A stretch of DNA of 64,000 nt from the human T2T-CHM13v2.0 reference genome, Homo sapiens: assembly GCF_009914755.1 (NCBI RefSeq), contig NC_060933.1; one strand, 5' to 3'. Below, one piece after another: positions 28,249-42,677 of the stretch. The notes beneath the pieces are model-generated. The model did no database searches, was not told where the DNA came from, and was given only the letters and a program-made list of their open reading frames with translations. Made by a program: the position numbers and the translations under genes. Position 1 is the stretch's first letter. The number at the start of each line of letters is the position of its first letter.

Positions 28249-28930
28249 CAGTCATCCCTCAGTATCCATGGGAGATTGGTTCCCAGACCTCCCCAAGGAT
28301 ACCAAAATCTGTAGATGCTTAAGTCCCTTAAATAAAACAGTGTAGTATTTGCATATAACCTACACACATCATCCCATAAACTTTAAATCATCTCATCTCT
28401 AAATTATAATATCTAAGTTAATGTAAATGCTAAGTAAATCGCAGTTATACTGTATTGTTTTCCCTCCCTTGGAACTCTAACCTTTTAAAATGTATTTTGA
28501 TTTTTTTTACTGTTGTTATATTTTATTGGTTTTCTTCCTTTTTTTTTTTTTTTTGAGACAGGGTCTCACTCTGTTGTCCAGAGTGAAGTGAAGTGGTGTG
28601 ATCACAGCTCACTACAGCCTTGACCTCCAAGGCTCAAGCGATCCTCCTGCCTCAGCTGCCTGAGTAGCTAGGATTACAGGTGTGTGCCACCATACCCCGC
28701 TAGTTTTTTTTTTTGTGTTTTTTTTTTTTGTAGAGACAAGGTCTCACTATGTTGCCCCAGCTGGTCTCAAACTCCTGGACTCAAGTGATCCTCCCAGCTT
28801 GGTCTCCCAAAGTGCTAGGGTTACAGGAGTGAGCCATTGTGCCCAGACTGTTTTTACTGTTTTGAATATTTTCAATCCATAGTTGGTTGAATCTGCAGAT
28901 GCAAAACCTGCAGATAGGGAGGGCCAAGTG
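28249..28930. mobile_element. MER2 (Tigger-derived) interrupted by an antisense AluJ (28538-28846)
   Basis: MER2 termini cagtcatccctc... and ...gagggccaagtg flanked by TA; Alu consensus inside. Confidence 0.85.
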
Positions 28931-29093
28931 TATATCCTATCTGACCTTTGTACTTAACATGTGCAAAACAAAATGCTCGATTTCCACCCTCTAAATCTAG
29001 TGTTCTCCCTCAGTGTTCCCTGTCTCAGAAAATGGCACTACCACTCACTCTGTTGGCCAAGCCAAAAACCTTACTTAAAACATAATAGGATCA

Positions 29094-29403
<310 letters not shown>

Positions 29404-30170
29404 CTACAGAGACATCATATTTTACCCCTTTCCTTCTGGCTCACTTCACTCCCATCAATAATTGCCTCCTTACTCTTCTGATACACCCAGCCCTACCCCT
29501 GCACCTCGGGGCTTTGCACTTGTTTTGGCTATCTAAAATCCTCTACCCACATTTATCCATCCAACTCTCACTTCATTACTGTCTCTATTCAAACACTGGC
29601 TCCTTAGAGAGGTCTCTTCTGACCACCCCTCTATCACCTCTGTATTCTAGTCGTACGTGATTTTATCTCCAAGTACTTACATATGTGCACTGAATGCTTA
29701 AATTCTTATTGTCTATATTCTGCCATTAGAACATAAGCTCTATGGGGGCAGGAGCTTTGCTTTGTTCACTTTTCTCCACAGAGCTCTGTTCTCCCAGATC
29801 TGACATATAGCACAAGTTCAATAAATATTTGTTGAATGAAGTATGCAATTTTATGTTCATCACAGTTTGGAGACAATTCATTGAACATTGATTTAATGAC
29901 TAAGCTCACATAGGAAGAAGGTAAGTAGTGGATCTTTTGTAGTAAAACACCCCTACAGGGCGGTATGACAGAATGGACTTGGGCCAAACTGAAAAAAAAA
30001 ATAAATTCAGAATTTCAACTATCTTAAGGGAAATAGCTCATTTATAGTCTGCTTTACAGAAAAATCCAGAAGACACATTTTCTATAATACTTCTGATTAT
30101 GTTGACAATCATCCTCTTAAGCTGAAATCCCTTTCCCACAGAATGCCAAATAAAACTATATGAGTGATAA

Positions 30171-30502
<332 letters not shown>

Positions 30503-31259
30503 TCAAATCTCAGATGTACATGGGAATGCCAAAGGAGACTATATGAGTGATAAAGTGACAGAAATTTCAAATTTACACACAAGAATGCTCTTGGTTCTAG
30601 AGAGGCAAACAGGCTAACATGGGGATCAGGGAAAACATAAAAGGAATTTTGCAACCCACTTGCCAATCTAAAGCCTCTAACTAGAGGGAGTAGAATTACA
30701 GATGGGCCTATGTGGAGTCCTGTTAAGACACATGGCACAAGAGTGGATGTTAGCATATCTGTCTCTCCTTTAATGCCCTAAATCATCATGAATACTGAAG
30801 GAAAGAAGGAAACTAAGATGTACTTAATACCCTCTAATAGTCTTAAGCATTTTAACAGATACTCTCTCATGTGTTATCTCATTTAATCAATATATTTTAT
30901 CCAATTCAATAATGAAGAGGCCAAAAATCTTTCTAGAACTCTGGATTTGCATCTGCTTACAGGATATTTTCACCTACTTAGGTAAACCTAAAGCTTATTA
31001 TTGCATCTATTGACTACCAACAAAGCCCATTCTACTTTATGCTCATAATATTTAAGTTTCTTTCCAATGAGGTCAGGATAGTTTTGCAAAATGTCATTGC
31101 AAGCCATCTACCTTTCTACTTTTCTACTGCTCTCTGTAATACACAGGTAGGTACAGATGTAAGCATATACACATGATATAATAAATCATCTGGAAAACAT
31201 TTATTACCCACTTTTAGCCCGAAATTAAAGTACTAGCATAAAACGGAAACAAGGCATAC

Positions 31260-31308
31260 CTCTAGTTGATGAATTAAATCCTGGGAAGTTTTCAGTGGCC
31301 CCTCTCCT
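31260..31308 (-). CDS. CTNNAL1: CTNNAL1 exon 15 (49 nt; GEGPLKTSQDLIHQLE)
   Basis: Acceptor ttttag| and donor GAG|gtatgc; completes FTRGEGPLK. Confidence 0.94.
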
Positions 31309-32499
31309 CTAAAATAAAATTAATTGTTAAGAAGGTAACAAAAAGTTATTACCTGAAAATTGACTTTATAATATTAAAATTTTAGAGCATTTGTGTATTA
31401 ACAAATCCTAAATTTTGAAGAATAATATGAATAGACTGATAATATTGTAACTTTATGCTTAAAGCAACTTTAATATTTGACAATTATTTATTAAGATATT
31501 TTTCCCCAAGTAAACCTTATGTTAATTTCATAATATAAAAAATTTTAAACAAGTAATATTTAAGTTCCATTTCTCTTTTTAACCTTTTTCATTTTACTTC
31601 ATAAATTAAATATGTGAGATTTGATAATGTCTTGACCGAAAGCCTTTGTTACGTAATGGAAAGAGGATCAAACCAAAACTCAGGACATTTCACTTCTAAT
31701 TCTTATTTCAATTCTGGTAGTAACTCAGTTATCTAACCTTGATGAGGCATATCACTGAACATTCTATTTTGAGTGAATAAAGCAATCATAATAATACTTG
31801 TGCTACCACTCTCATCAGAAGATTGAGGAACAGCAGATTAAAAACTACCAAGAAGAATTAAGAACTCTAAAAAATGAAAAGTAAATTACAATAAGAATAA
31901 CCAAATGCATTAAGAAGAGCAATGGACTAGGGATAAGTCAGAAAATCTGGAATCTAGTAGCAACCAGTTCTGCCACTTAGGAGATGTGAACATATCATTC
32001 CTGTTCTCCAGTAAACCGTCATGAAAATCAAATGAAATGATGAAGCAAAAACCACATTAAAAACAATAAGGTACTAGTATGTTTGAAATATTGAAAAACT
32101 ATAAGGCACTAGAAAACCTTAAATATCTAAATTATTAAGAAATATGAATGATTACATGTAAATCATTAAGAAATCATATAAATTATTAAGACAACCTTAA
32201 ACAGTAACCTGAAGAAGGGCTATAAATCTGCCCAGGAAAACTGCTACAAGGTATTTATCTATTACAGAAAAATCCATTTTCTATTCTGGAATGTCATCAC
32301 TACTATCCGATAACTATATTCTAGGAAGAAGTCCTATTCCACAGAGCTTCCCCTCGTAGTGCAACCCCTCATGTTTCCCAGTGTCCATGGGATACTCTAC
32401 AATTCTGACACTGAAACAAAAAATACTGAGCATGCCATCCTGAAATATTCTGAAATAAAACTAATCAAAGGAGATGCTATAATCTTTTTTTAAAAAGTT

Positions 32500-33162
<663 letters not shown>

Positions 33163-33579
33163 TCAAACTATATTCATTAATAATATATTCCCCCAAGTCT
33201 TATTAGTCAAAAACATTTTTTAAAAGCATGATTTTCATCACCATGGAAATAACTAGCTTGATTCCAGCCAAAAGCTGAGATTTTTGTTATTTCAGTTAGT
33301 CTGTGCAAATTTATTGTGGGTAAACACAGGAGTTCCATTTTGCATTCTTTTAGAGGCCTGGGCCATCAGATTTTAAAAAGGTATGAACTTAAAAAGGTCA
33401 AAATTCATGTTGGGAAGACTCAATCACAGGATAAGCTTGCTAACAACAGTTAAGAACAATGGAAGGAAACCACCAAAGGAATGGTCTCCAATGATGGAAA
33501 ATATGATAAGGTACTGACAAATGACAGCTAAACAGCAGCAAAATTTCTAACTCCTATCATTTCTGCCTTCTTTTTCCAG

Positions 33580-33820
33580 AGAATTATCTATCTAGAAAAG
33601 GTAGAAGACGTCATCAAGAGGAAAATGATGCCTCTAAGCTTGGGACTGCATCTTCCCCACTCTTAATCCTCCTTCTATAGGAAGGAATCTTCACGAGCAC
33701 AGCATCCCTCACTTCTCTCTGCTGCCTCACCTATCCCATCCCATAAAAGGAGGTGGATGCTCATCTTTTCAGTCTTTCTGGTGACTTTGCAAAAATAAAT
33801 TGAACACATTAACCCTTTCT
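33580..33820 (+). other. Candidate alternative terminal exon of ABITRAM (RIIYLEKVEDVIKRKMMPLSLGLHLPHS*, stop 33664-33666, AATAAA 33794-33799)
   Basis: Branch-like CTAAC 33547-33551, pyrimidine tract, CAG| at 33579, phase-0 open frame and polyA signal. The join to ABITRAM is inferred. Confidence 0.55.
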
Positions 33821-34078
33821 TTTCTCCTTTTTCTCTTGGAAGTGAAGCTGCCTTTGAGATATAACTGGTCTTCCATGTGTTTTATAGAGATACATTGTGT
33901 CCCTATGAGGTAAGACTTTGTAATTCTAGGGATCATTTTTCAAAACTTAATTGCCTATGGACATAAAGTACTTTCTCCAATATCAGCTTTATCAATATAA
34001 ATGTTACCAGCTCCCATCTACCTATTCTTTTGCTTATTTTTCATTTTGTTCAAAACTTGGGTGGGAATAGGGGGTGCT

Positions 34079-34386
34079 ATTTATTTATTTATTTATTTTT
34101 GAGATGGAGTCTCACCCTGTCACCCAGGCTGGAGTGCAAGTGGCGCGATCTCAGCTCACTCCAAGCTCCACCTTCCGGTTTCACGCCATTCTCCTGCCTC
34201 AGCCTCCCGAGTAGCTGGGATTACAGGCGCCCGCCACCACGCCCGGCTAACTTTTTTTTTTTTTTTTTAAGTAGACACCGGGTTTCAGTGTGTTAACCAG
34301 GATGGTCTCGATCTCCTGACCTCGTGATCCGCCCACCTCGGCCTCCCAAAGTGCTGGGATTACAGGCGTGAGCCACCATGCCCGGC
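34079..34386 (-). mobile_element. AluY
   Basis: AluY diagnostics; TSD agggggtgctattt. Confidence 0.94.
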
Positions 34387-34429
34387 AGGGGGTGCTATTT
34401 ATTGAGTCCCAAATCCCACACAGTTGTAG

Positions 34430-35080
34430 AGATCCTTCACTACTTTAATTGAGCTTCAGTCTCTAGAATACTGAAGCAACCTGCAGGTGTGTCCCACGGT
34501 GGATAACCTTTCCAAAATCAGAATGAGTAGGACAGGAGCCAGAAAACTGGAGATATCAAGTATTTCCCAGGTTTCCAAAAATGAAAAAGATAGATTTCAG
34601 AAACTGAGTGAAAAGCTTGAAGTTATTCCTTGAGAAAATTCTAGAAGGGATTTTTGAGCAGATAACTGATTTTAACTAAGCAGAATTACTATACCTTATG
34701 TATAAATTACTAAAATGGAAGACTGAAATATGACTAACATTGACATCAACAAGGCATTTGATCAAGAGTCTTGTAATATGATCAAGACAGAGAATATAGG
34801 TCAGATAACATTAAAGTTAGGGGAATTCTCCACATAATGAATGGTGACTCACAGAGATTTGGCACGCTATTGACATAGTCCTCATAGCTCTATTCTTTGA
34901 TCTGTGTCTAATCAATCTTCATCTGTATCTAGTCAATCACTGTATAAAGGCATAAAAGACATGTTTTCTTAACGTACTGATGCTGGCTGGGAGAGGCATT
35001 AACAATGCAGGATAACAAAAAAGCAGGATGTAAAATTATTTCAATGATGGAAAGAGTGGGCAGAAACCTAGCAGAAGATC
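34430..35080 (+). mobile_element. L3/CR1 LINE reverse-transcriptase remnant
   Basis: gacatcaacaaggcatttgat (D-I-N-K-A-F-D) resembles the CR1 RT motif DFSKAFD; heavily decayed. Confidence 0.5.
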
Positions 35081-35281
35081 CCTTCTAAATCTAAATCCTA
35101 ATTAAATACATGTGTCTTGTTGTTGCATTCACTTACGTAAATTGTCATAGTAACTACTTTTAGTCTTTTTACCATATATTTGATACCGACTTTAACCTGT
35201 CAATGATTTAACATGGAACTTTTTTCTTTACACCAGATATCATTATACTGATTTAAAAAATAAAAATACAACTACATTTAC

Positions 35282-35436
35282 CTAGTAAATAAATACAGAG
35301 AATAGGCCATACTGGACATGTTCCGTCCATATTGAACAATCTCATTCTCCTGATCTTCCCACTTCTCAATTTCGCAGTCAGCGTCAGAGGTGAGCAAACC
35401 CAGCTTAAGTCCAAGCTTTGCTATCTTGGCTTGCTC
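35282..35436 (-). CDS. CTNNAL1: CTNNAL1 exon 14 (155 nt; EQAKIAKLGLKLGLLTSDADCEIEKWEDQENEIVQYGRNMSSMAYSLYLFT)
   Basis: Acceptor tcatag| and donor AG|gtaaat. Confidence 0.95.
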
Positions 35437-35516
35437 CTATGAAACAGACGTTTTAATCACAACGACTTTATCACTATTCATGTTAAAGGAAGATTAGATG
35501 TAGGAATTGGTCTTAC

Positions 35517-35567
35517 CTCAGAGTCAGGCTTGTCTGGCTTTAATGATTTCAGGTTTGCATTATTCTT
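35517..35567 (-). CDS. CTNNAL1: CTNNAL1 exon 13 (51 nt; KNNANLKSLKPDKPDSE)
   Basis: Within ORF 35478..35666; acceptor tcacag| and donor GAG|gtaaga; followed by an 80-nt intron. Confidence 0.92.
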
Positions 35568-37235
35568 CTGTGACAATAAAAAGATTAAGATTATCTTAAA
35601 AAGCAGTACATTAAACTGTAAGGAAATACAATAGTAATACAAAGCATAACAAAGTACTTGTAACAAAAGTTTAAAATATTCAGTATGTAATGACTGAATA
35701 TTTTACCAATTGCAAGTACTCTACTAGTAAGTGAGTTCAGCTTTGAATAGGTTGTTAGTTTGAAATCTGGAGCCAGAGAAAGCAAGTCAGTGCCTTCCCT
35801 GCTCTGTGGCCTCTGTGCTTACAGCTGCTCTCCTCTTTTCACAAGGGCTTCCAGGGACTCAAGACAACTTCTGCAGTATTCCTGGAGTCCAATTATTATG
35901 TCCCCCAAACCTCCCTGGCTTCTCTGTTCAACAAGATTCTTATAATGCTTGAATTATTCTTATGAAATGATATATTAAAATTAGCCACTATATGTAGTTT
36001 TCTATACATTCCTTATGTTATGACTCCAGAATTCAATTCCTTTAACTAATTTGCTCTTGGAAGGCTAAATTTCAACTCTCTAGCTTCATAGATATCACAA
36101 CTGCTAATCTCATATCCCAAGTTATAAAGAGATTATACTTAGGATTCTGAATTTAATATGTGAACCAATGTTCAATGGTTCCCTATTTTTGAAAGAGAAA
36201 GTTTGTTTTCATGTAAACTATCTGGAACTCAGAGTGTATTTTCCCTAGAAGGGGAGAAAATATTCCATCCTAGTTAGACCAGGCTAGTCCACTGATGCCT
36301 GTATACTTGAAGAATAGAGTACCAGGACAAATCACACCACCACCAATAGCAACATTTCTTTGAAAAATATATTCCGAAGTTCTCTGGAGATGATAGCCCA
36401 CAGAGGGGATTCCTCCAACTCTGAGATCTGGTGAAAGCTCCCATGGTAGAGGCAGGAGTCCCAGAACAGCTAGGGTTTGTAGAGAAAAGGGGGCCAACTT
36501 TTTACAATGGAAGCATATATTTAAGTCATACACACTCACAAATACACATTGGGTATGGATTCACATACCTGCACACACAGTATAAATTACAATAAAACAA
36601 AACACTCATGTGTACACTTAGCTTAGGAAGGAAAATCATCACTAATACTTTAAGGAAAAAGATCTTCTCATACATATATTTTTATTTCCCTTATTACCAT
36701 GACTTTTTACTTCTGACCAACTATTCTGTCACCAGTTTCACCACAGAACAAAACAGCCTCGTGGAGTTTAGATCTGCTCATGGAACATAGCCCTTTTGAG
36801 ATTTTCTAATGATGTTTACTATTAAAGAAACAGGTGAAGTTGAAGGACAGAAAATAAAAATAAAGGAACTCTTGTTACACACACATGCACACACACAGAG
36901 AGAAAGAGACAAAGACAGAGAGAGAGAGAATAAACAAATATGACCAATGATCTCTCTGGCTCCTCCTTGAATGGTCACATCATCTTTATCTCCATCCTTG
37001 GTCTAGTTGACTATAAGGCAACTGATAAAACATTTAAGAAAGTAAGGAACACCCTCAAGGTTTTTAGGTTTAGTTTTATTCAGAATTTTATACTTTATAT
37101 TATTCTTTTAAATATAGTTGCATTTTCATGATTTTTATTTTTACTTTTACTAATGATGATGATTATTAAAGTTTAATGACGACTGAAATGGAATTGCCTG
37201 AAAAGGTAAATAAACCATCTTAATAATGTAACCAA

Positions 37236-37270
37236 GCTTGCCATCTAGTGGACACTATTTTGGAATGCAG
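37236..37270 (-). promoter_or_regulatory. Extended CTCF motif (core plus upstream motif)
   Basis: Minus strand CTGCATTCC-aaaatag-TGTCCACTAGATGGCAAGC. Confidence 0.65.
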
Positions 37271-38039
37271 TCAGATTCATTCGTTTCAGTTATATAAAGC
37301 TAAAAGACATCAGTCCCCTAAATATAAATAGCACCAGACTCCAACTTCACTTCCTAAAAGAGAGAACTATAATTTTCTAGGAATATAATTAGCTATGCTA
37401 TCCCTCAACTAAGAAAATGGTTCATGACTCTGAAATGATTTGTTACTAAAGATAAAAAATACTATTCAGTTGAATAAAATCTTTGTTCCATTCAACCTGT
37501 TAAAAGCTTTGTGATGCCTTTTCTAATTCTCAAAAAATTATTTTGTAGTAGCCCTAAATTATAGCACTTACAAAAACAGTGAGTCTATCCTTACTTGCTT
37601 AAACCCAGTAGGATATTAGCTATAAAACCATCTGTTAGGGTTATCTTAAAATAACAAAAATAGACAAATTGCTATTTGTACTTTCAAACTGTTCTGACAA
37701 TAGCTTAAGGCACAAAAACTGTTTTTTTTAAGTCACAGAATTAATTTGCAGTATCATGATCGCTTTTACACCAGCTACATTCAGTTCCTAATGTTGTATT
37801 TCAGTATTAAATGCCAGTCCCTTTTCAAAAAGTACACTAATTAAGTTTGGACCATTTTTTGATTTGGGGATTTGATTTATCATTTGTTCTTCCCCTACAC
37901 CATCGAGCATTCCCACTATCATTTCTAAAACTCCAGACTTAAGACTTTAATATCTCTCTTCATTGCAAGTTCTCTCTTCTGATACTCACCATCTGTTGTT
38001 CTTCACCACACTGTTACTATTGATAATCATCAGTAATTT

Positions 38040-38358
<319 letters not shown>

Positions 38359-38861
38359 ACAATTTCCAATATTTTTGTCCCCCAAAAGGGATCTTGGGAC
38401 CACTACTTGGTTAATATACCACTCTGTATCTCTTTCCCATAAGTATGACATGTGACATGTTTTCATCTAGGTAGAAAGCATATGAAAGTCCTTAGTTTGC
38501 TGAAAGTGATTCCAACATGACTTCTCAAAGTAGATCCAAGATTGGAAGAACAAAACAACTTCTGACTTCAGATATGGCTTATTTATTTATTTTTATGATG
38601 CTATTACTGGGATATGGCTTTTTATTAATCACAAATTATGTTACCTATTCTCTCAAACCCCCAAACCTAAAACAAATATTCAGAGTGTAAGCCACAACTA
38701 GATTGCTACCCAGAATAACAACTCTGAAGTCAACATTAATATCCTAACTTTTTTCTGTCATGTCAATTATTTGTGGTAGAGGGGAGCAGCAACAGGCAAC
38801 AAGAGCATAATTTGAATTCTGAATAAAAACATTCTGCAATGTACATAATTCTTCTACTTAC

Positions 38862-38899
38862 CATTGGCTTTGGAAGTGAAAGGTAGCCATACTTCTCTC
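38862..38899 (-). CDS. CTNNAL1: CTNNAL1 exon 12 (38 nt; GEKYGYLSLPKPM)
   Basis: Acceptor ttgtag| and donor ATG|gtaagt; phase 1/0 bridges exons 11 and 13. Confidence 0.92.
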
Positions 38900-39662
38900 C
38901 TACAAATAACACATATAACTTAAAAAATTTTTTCTATTAATATATTTTTCTATTATTCATAGTTAACTTTTAAAGTATTAATTAAACAAACAGGAATGTT
39001 AGTACATTAGTTTTGATAACAGTCTATTCATTACATAAAATTCAGAAATAAAATTGTAATTTGGCTGGTGAACATGAAGACTTTCAACAGCTGCATGTCT
39101 AAGGTACCTATGCTGGCCAATCTCCACCTCTCCCAACATAAAGGGAGAAAGGCAAATGTCCCACTGACATTTACTGCCACTTGCAATCAGCTTCATTCAC
39201 AGAGTGCTCCTTTTACAGCAGTTTGCCTCTAATGAAACCTGATTCCTCTTTTATCAGTACCAGTATCAGCGCTTCTTCCATTTCTGCAAGTACCAGACCA
39301 AATAATTTACAACTAACCTCATAATGTATTCTCTCAGTCAGGGAAGAAGAAAACCCTCTGTACAAGATAGGAAGATGAAATAAAGCAAATAACAGGAGGT
39401 TTTTTGACTGTGAATTGACACGTCACATGAAGCATGATAACGAGGAAAGGAAGGAGACGGGCAATGCCCACATCATCCCTGCCCCATCTATCATCTTTAC
39501 AACTTCCAGGTCATGTATACAGTCAGATTACAATGAATAATAGACTTTTTATAAATGCTGGTTTGTGACATCTGAGGTAAAAATTCAAGACCTAAGCAGT
39601 AATTGCTTCTTGAAGAAAAATTTCTTCTTCAAGGAAAACAAGTATATTCAGCTATAATAGAA

Positions 39663-39725
39663 TAGTTTGAACCATATGAAATTGCTGGTATTCAACCATT
39701 TTGAAATTTCATATGGTCCAAACTA
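39663..39725. mobile_element. MADE2 mariner-derived MITE (internally shortened)
   Basis: 21-bp terminal inverted repeats tagtttgaaccatatgaaatt / aatttcatatggtccaaacta. Confidence 0.8.
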
Positions 39726-39845
39726 ATAAAAGTAAACATAATATAAGAGCACTAAATCATACCTTTTCTCATAGAATGACTATTACAGGAAATGGGCAAA
39801 CCTGTTTGTCTCAGAATGGCTTATACAAATATTTAAAATTTCATC

Positions 39846-40546
39846 TAGAACTGTACTATTAAATATGAAACCTACTAGCCACATGTGACTACTTAGCACT
39901 TGAAATGTGGCTAGTCTGTACTGAGATGTGTACATCTAGTCTGTACTGAGATGTGCTAGTCTGTACTGAGATGTGTAAGTGTATTAAACACTTACAAGTG
40001 TTTAATACATAACAGATTTTGAAGATGTAGTACAAAGGGAGAAAAAATATATAAAATATATTAATTTAAAATATTGATTATATACTAAAATATTGATTAT
40101 ATGTTTACATGGTATTTTGGATATTTGGGTTAAAAATTATTAAAACAAATTTCATGTTTCTTTTTAATTTTTCTTGTGCCTGTTAGAATTTTTTTTTTTT
40201 TTTTTTTGAGACAGGGTCTTGCTCTGTCACCCAGGCTGGAGTGTAGTGGTGGAGATCACAGGCTTACTGCAGCCTCAACCTCCTGGGCTCCGGTGGTCCT
40301 CCCACCTTCCACCTCCTGAGTAGCTGGGACCACAGGCATGTGACACCCGCTAATTTATTTGTATTTTTTTTAAGAGATGAGGTCTCACTGTGTTGCCCAG
40401 GATGGTCTCAAACTCCTTGGGCTCAAGTGATCTTCCCGCCTTGGCCTGCCAAAGTGCTGAAATTACAGGCATGAGCCACTGTGCCTAGCCTAGGAAATTT
40501 CAAATTATATATGTGTGTCACGTTCTGTTTCTCTTGGACAGTGCTG
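39846..40546. mobile_element. MER33 (hAT-Charlie) interrupted by an antisense AluJ (40188-40490)
   Basis: tagccacatgtg..agcacttgaaatgtggctagt...ttggacagtgctg match recalled MER33. Confidence 0.78.
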
Positions 40547-40907
40547 ATCTAGAAGAAGAACTGTTACTAAGAGTGAGTTAATGGTACTTGGGAATAGCTT
40601 TATGATTCAAATCATTTCCTTGTAATGTCAAAATTGTAAGGGAATTTTATTAATTAATGGCTTTCTGATTTCAGAATGGTGAGGGGAAAAAACTTAAAAA
40701 GGAAGAGGCTATTTTCATGCCTTGGCTCTAAGCTCTGATGTGAAAAGTGCTCGATTTAGTTGCAATATTAACAGAAGATAGTCTTCCGGTCACTCAGAAT
40801 TTCAAAATTCACCATCTATCTTAATTCAAAGTCTGAATCCTGTCCATAATATCCTTTAAAAAGTGCTCTTAGCATATTATAAAGGGCACATTAAACAGAA
40901 GTAGGAA

Positions 40908-41158
40908 CCCGGGCATGGTGGCTCATGCCTGTAATCTTGGCACTTTGGGAGGCTAAGGCAAGTGGATCACCCAAGGTCAGGAATTCAAGACCAGCCTGGC
41001 CAAAATGGTGACACCCCATCTCTACTAAAAATACAAAAATTAGCCAGGCGTAGTGGTGCATGCCTGTAGTCTGTTCTTTTTTCTGTTTTTTGTTTTGTTT
41101 TGTTTCAGCCTGGGTGATAGAGCAAGACTGTCTCAAAAAAAAAAAAAAAAAAAAAAAA
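40908..41158 (+). mobile_element. Alu with right-arm interior replaced by a T-rich tract
   Basis: Consensus breaks after gcctgtagtc (41071) and resumes at cagcctggg (41106). Confidence 0.9.
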
Positions 41159-41755
41159 CAAAGTGGGAAAGTACTAAAAATAAATAAATAATAAAGAAAA
41201 AAGAATTTTGAATTTTGAAAGGGCACTATCATTACTTAAATGTCATCAGCTACAGGAGTAATCTTGTATTATCTAACTTAGTAATCATCTATAGTGCCCA
41301 TGGCCCTAAAATGTTCATATTTACTCTCCACAAGTTGGGGCAAAACCAACTGTTTCGGTATCTCTTATATCTCTAAGATACCACAGAGTTAAAGCAAGTA
41401 GAATGTATAAATAAATGCATTGAGAAATAAATCCAATGAAAAGAAAGCTTTTATGTAACCTGATTTGCTACTATTTTCATCCACCTAGTAGTATTTATCA
41501 CTTGATAGTTCTAATCCCTCTGGTCCTCTTACAGATACTTTGTTTTGCTTCCTATTCCCATCCTTTAGTTAGACTCTGCATGATTTATACGAATTTGAGG
41601 ATAATTGCAAAATTGATCATTTTTTCAGATAGGCCTCCTCCACATACTATGCAGGTAAGATTCTTCCTCTTTCCCCCAGTTCCAACAGAAACCAAACAAG
41701 TTGACAATAACACAAGAAAAAGCAATCTAATACTAACAAGAGATCTAAATTATAG

Positions 41756-41976
<221 letters not shown>

Positions 41977-42056
41977 ATAGATGTTATTTCCATGTGAATC
42001 TAATTATTGCCGTTGATTCTAAGCAGAAAAAAAAAAAAAAAGAATAAACTGGCTCA

Positions 42057-42677
<621 letters not shown>

